A DNA stretch of 64,000 bases from an uncultured Burkholderiales bacterium (GTDB lineage Bacteria; Pseudomonadota; Gammaproteobacteria; Burkholderiales; Burkholderiaceae_C): contig CAIVGK010000009.1 in assembly GCA_903905475.1 (NCBI GenBank), positions 538 through 64,537 of the forward strand. The letters are read 5' to 3'. This document shows, piece after piece, positions 61,517 to 64,000 of this stretch (position 1 is the stretch's first letter; each line of letters begins with the position of its first letter). The translations under genes and the position numbers were made by a program. The notes below the pieces were generated by a model that was given only the letters and a program-made list of their open reading frames with translations, did not search any database and was not told the origin of the DNA.

Positions 61517-63535
61517 TTACTTCTGGACGATGAAATCAGGCGAGACCAAAGTCAGTGCGACAGCACTTGACACTCGGCTGAAACCAGAATTCTGAGTCGC
61601 GGGAATCGTGCTGATCGCATCGATGATGGATTGCTTGGTGGTCCCGCTCATGCGGCCTGCAACGAGCAGCAGATTCAGGCGATCGACCAGTGCCACCGGG
61701 TTGGGAGCCAGCGCCATCTCCGCACTGTAGTCCGCCCCGAGATAGTCGGTCACAGACCCCCACTTGACGGCCACGTTATCTCTCCACCAGTTGGTTTGCC
61801 GCTCCGCCGATCCGATGATGAAGTTGGCATAGCCAGTCACTGTGGTTTCATGAGTGATGGCAAACTCAGGTCCGACCATGCCTTTATTCATAAGGTCGCC
61901 AGTCGGCGTGTACGTTGGGGTAAACCAATTGAACACACTCGGAGCTCGCAGAGGGTTTTGACCTATGCTGGAAACAGAATCCTCTAAATTCCAGATTGGG
62001 TACTTTCCGCTGGCCGACTTGACCTCAAAAGCACGCATGAAGTTCGCGTACCTGATCATCGGTTCGCGGAGCTTTCCCCAGAGCGGATCCGATACCTTTG
62101 AGGCATCGCGAGCCTCCGGATCCAACAGCACGGCCTTGATCACCGCCTTCATGTCGCCACGCACCCCTTGACCATTGTTGTTGAATGCGGCGGTAACTCT
62201 GGAGATGTAGGCCGGGCTGGGGTTGCTGGTGACGAAACGTTTGATCAGTTGGCTGCCGATGAAGGGGCCCACGTTGGGGTGATTGAACAGCGTGTCCAGG
62301 GCGATCTTGAGGCTTTGCTCTCCCGGAGTTCCGGCTGAAATCACGACACCTCGAAGAATGATTTTTCGACTGGTACTGTGGTACTGAGAGTACTGGACCA
62401 TATTCTTTTTATAGGTCACGCCGCTCCAACCGTTCCAGTCGGTAGCCCAACCCCAACCCGTGAAAACCTTGGCCATACCCATGACGTCGGCTTGAGAGTA
62501 AGTTGGTATATCCCTTCCATTCGCATCTTTCCTGCGCGATCCGTCCGGGTTCAGCTCCCATAGGCCGACTGTGAACAGTTGCATCAGTTCGCGAGCAAAG
62601 TTTTCATCTGGAAGACGGCCCGTGGTTGGATCTTCCTTCATGTTGCCCATATGGGACAAATACTTACCCATCGTTGGATGGGTCGCCACTTGCTCCAGCA
62701 ACGTGCGGAAATTGCCGAACGCGTTACTCGACAACATGTCGAGATAACTGGCATGGGCGTCCTTCTGAATTTCGACCGGACTGTTGACGGTACTGACAAC
62801 GAAAATCTCGCTCAGCGCAAAAGTCAAGCGCTGCCGCAGTTGGTCGGGAGCCAGAACGGCCTGCCGCCAGAAACTCTCCATCACCGCGTTGATGTGTTCA
62901 GAGTTGCAGGGATTGCATCCAGGTGGCCCCTTGCGTTCCATGACGTAAGCCCAGTGGGTGTCCATCGAGGGGGTCGCGAACTGGTTTTCAATCCATGCGG
63001 CGGGACCGGACTGGGCAACCGATGAAATGCTGCCCATATTGGGGCCGAAACTCGCTTGTACGAGAAAGCGCGATGCCTCCGTGGGGCTGATCGAGGTCGT
63101 GGCTGGTGCTGGTGCTGCAGCAACAAGCGTGGATGCCGGCAGGTAACAAGCTTTCGTCACCCCGACCTTCGGATCGCGGCCGAAGGTCCTGACATCGCAC
63201 CCGACTGCGCCCGCAGTGAAAGATCGCAAAGCGTAAGCGCCGGCCGCCCCAAAGGCCAACCTGGCGGGAGCCGTCAGCGTGCAGGTGCCGCCTTCGTTGG
63301 CACAGGGCTGGGCCAAGTAGGGCATCCCGGCAATGGAGAAGTAGAGACCGGCCGCAGGTGGCTCGTCCGCGAGCAGATCCTCGACAGACTGATCATCCAG
63401 GCCTTCGCTTCGCAAGTGTTCTGGGGCCTGCGGCACGCCGGTTGATCGCTCAGTCAACATCTCTGCGTCCGCCCACGGTGAGGTTGACGCTCCCAGGGCG
63501 CTCATCACCAAAAGTGACTTCAGCAAAATGTTCAT
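61517..63535 (-). CDS. DUF1800 protein with N-terminal Cys-containing extension
   Basis: The signal peptide is MNILLKSLLVMSALGASTSPWA. The DUF1800 core contains FWRQAVLAPDQLRQRLTFALSEIFVVS. It ends 8 nt upstream of the DUF1501 start. An alternative start is 63547. Confidence 0.75.
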   Translation of the reverse strand: MNILLKSLLVMSALGASTSPWADAEMLTERSTGVPQAPEHLRSEGLDDQSVEDLLADEPPAAGLYFSIAGMPYLAQPCANEGGTCTLTAPARLAFGAAGAYALRSFTAGAVGCDVRTFGRDPKVGVTKACYLPASTLVAAAPAPATTSISPTEASRFLVQASFGPNMGSISSVAQSGPAAWIENQFATPSMDTHWAYVMERKGPPGCNPCNSEHINAVMESFWRQAVLAPDQLRQRLTFALSEIFVVSTVNSPVEIQKDAHASYLDMLSSNAFGNFRTLLEQVATHPTMGKYLSHMGNMKEDPTTGRLPDENFARELMQLFTVGLWELNPDGSRRKDANGRDIPTYSQADVMGMAKVFTGWGWATDWNGWSGVTYKKNMVQYSQYHSTSRKIILRGVVISAGTPGEQSLKIALDTLFNHPNVGPFIGSQLIKRFVTSNPSPAYISRVTAAFNNNGQGVRGDMKAVIKAVLLDPEARDASKVSDPLWGKLREPMIRYANFMRAFEVKSASGKYPIWNLEDSVSSIGQNPLRAPSVFNWFTPTYTPTGDLMNKGMVGPEFAITHETTVTGYANFIIGSAERQTNWWRDNVAVKWGSVTDYLGADYSAEMALAPNPVALVDRLNLLLVAGRMSGTTKQSIIDAISTIPATQNSGFSRVSSAVALTLVSPDFIVQK

Positions 63536-63849
63536 TGGTGCTCCCACCGCTTAGGGTTGTCTATTCAGCCAGATCGGCCGGAATTCGAGAGATTTGGGGC
63601 GCCTGAAGGGCGTTTCTTTGACCATCGGGGAAGGCACACCGACATGGTCGGTCCGGCTGTGAGCAATGCCTGCGAGGATGGGTCCGTGTGCCGTTGCCCG
63701 ACAGAGCGAAGTCGGGGCGCAGTTCAGCGCGCACAGGGGTTTTGTCGGCACTTTTCAAAGATGCTTGAGGAAACAAACAATAATCTGTTTGCCGGCAATA
63801 CCGCTACCCTCGGCTTTGCCCGAAACTTCTAATTCAGGAGACTCTCATT

Positions 63850-64000
63850 TTGAAATCCAGCTCCTTGTTAATCGTTGCTGTGCTGTGTCTTGGTTTGGGC
63901 GGGTGTGGCGGCAACGGCGTGACATCCAGCGGCTCGTCGCTCGCCATCCCGTATGGCGTCGGGGGCTACGTGACGTCGGCGGACTGGTACTTCCCGACCC
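63850..64000 (+). CDS. Putative lipoprotein (5' fragment, continues beyond the window)
   Basis: An aggag motif lies 10 nt upstream of TTG 63850. My translation is LKSSSLLIVAVLCLGLGGCGGNGVTSSGSS..., which contains the lipobox LGGC. The frame is open to the window end. Confidence 0.5.
   Translation, partial: MKSSSLLIVAVLCLGLGGCGGNGVTSSGSSLAIPYGVGGYVTSADWYFPT

Overview
High-GC (by eye) proteobacterial chromosome segment. Gene order (accBC-prmA, dusB-fis-purH, hisIE-tatABC, petABC-sspAB) suggests a betaproteobacterium, possibly Burkholderiales or Comamonadaceae; this is inferred and no search was run. Positions 1-45.3 kb are densely packed housekeeping genes: fatty-acid initiation (accBC), shikimate (aroQ, aroE), peptidoglycan (mtgA), purH, ruvC, arginine (argB, argJ), histidine (hisIE), Tat export, cytochrome bc1, stringent starvation proteins, secA and ubiE, plus several conserved DUF proteins. 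A tRNA-Thr(UGU) at 32.4 kb is followed by a small, slightly AT-richer patch holding a CmoA-family methyltransferase and a frameshifted ICMT-family methyltransferase. The accessory part runs from 45.3 kb to the window end and is visibly less GC-rich. It holds a 13-gene, translationally coupled Eps-type exopolysaccharide/exosortase operon (epsD-E-F-G, exosortase, Wzy-like protein, four glycosyltransferases, one acetyltransferase, a GT26-STAS fusion, Wzx). This is followed by a convergent exported DUF1800/DUF1501 pair and a truncated lipoprotein gene. The most unusual points are in the eps locus. The EpsG-like kinase homolog carries an N-terminal MshEN-type tandem c-di-GMP-binding motif, has a Walker A Lys-to-Arg change and has no C-terminal tyrosine cluster. 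The OPX protein is short and has no partner barrel in view. The exosortase has no EpsI or PEP-CTERM substrate in view. A membrane GT2 carries the D,DxD,ED,QxxRW synthase signature inside a Wzx/Wzy locus. The GT26 has a STAS tail that begins where composition shifts. No CRISPR arrays, rRNA genes, transposases or integrases were seen. All calls rest on reading the translations; no database search was possible.
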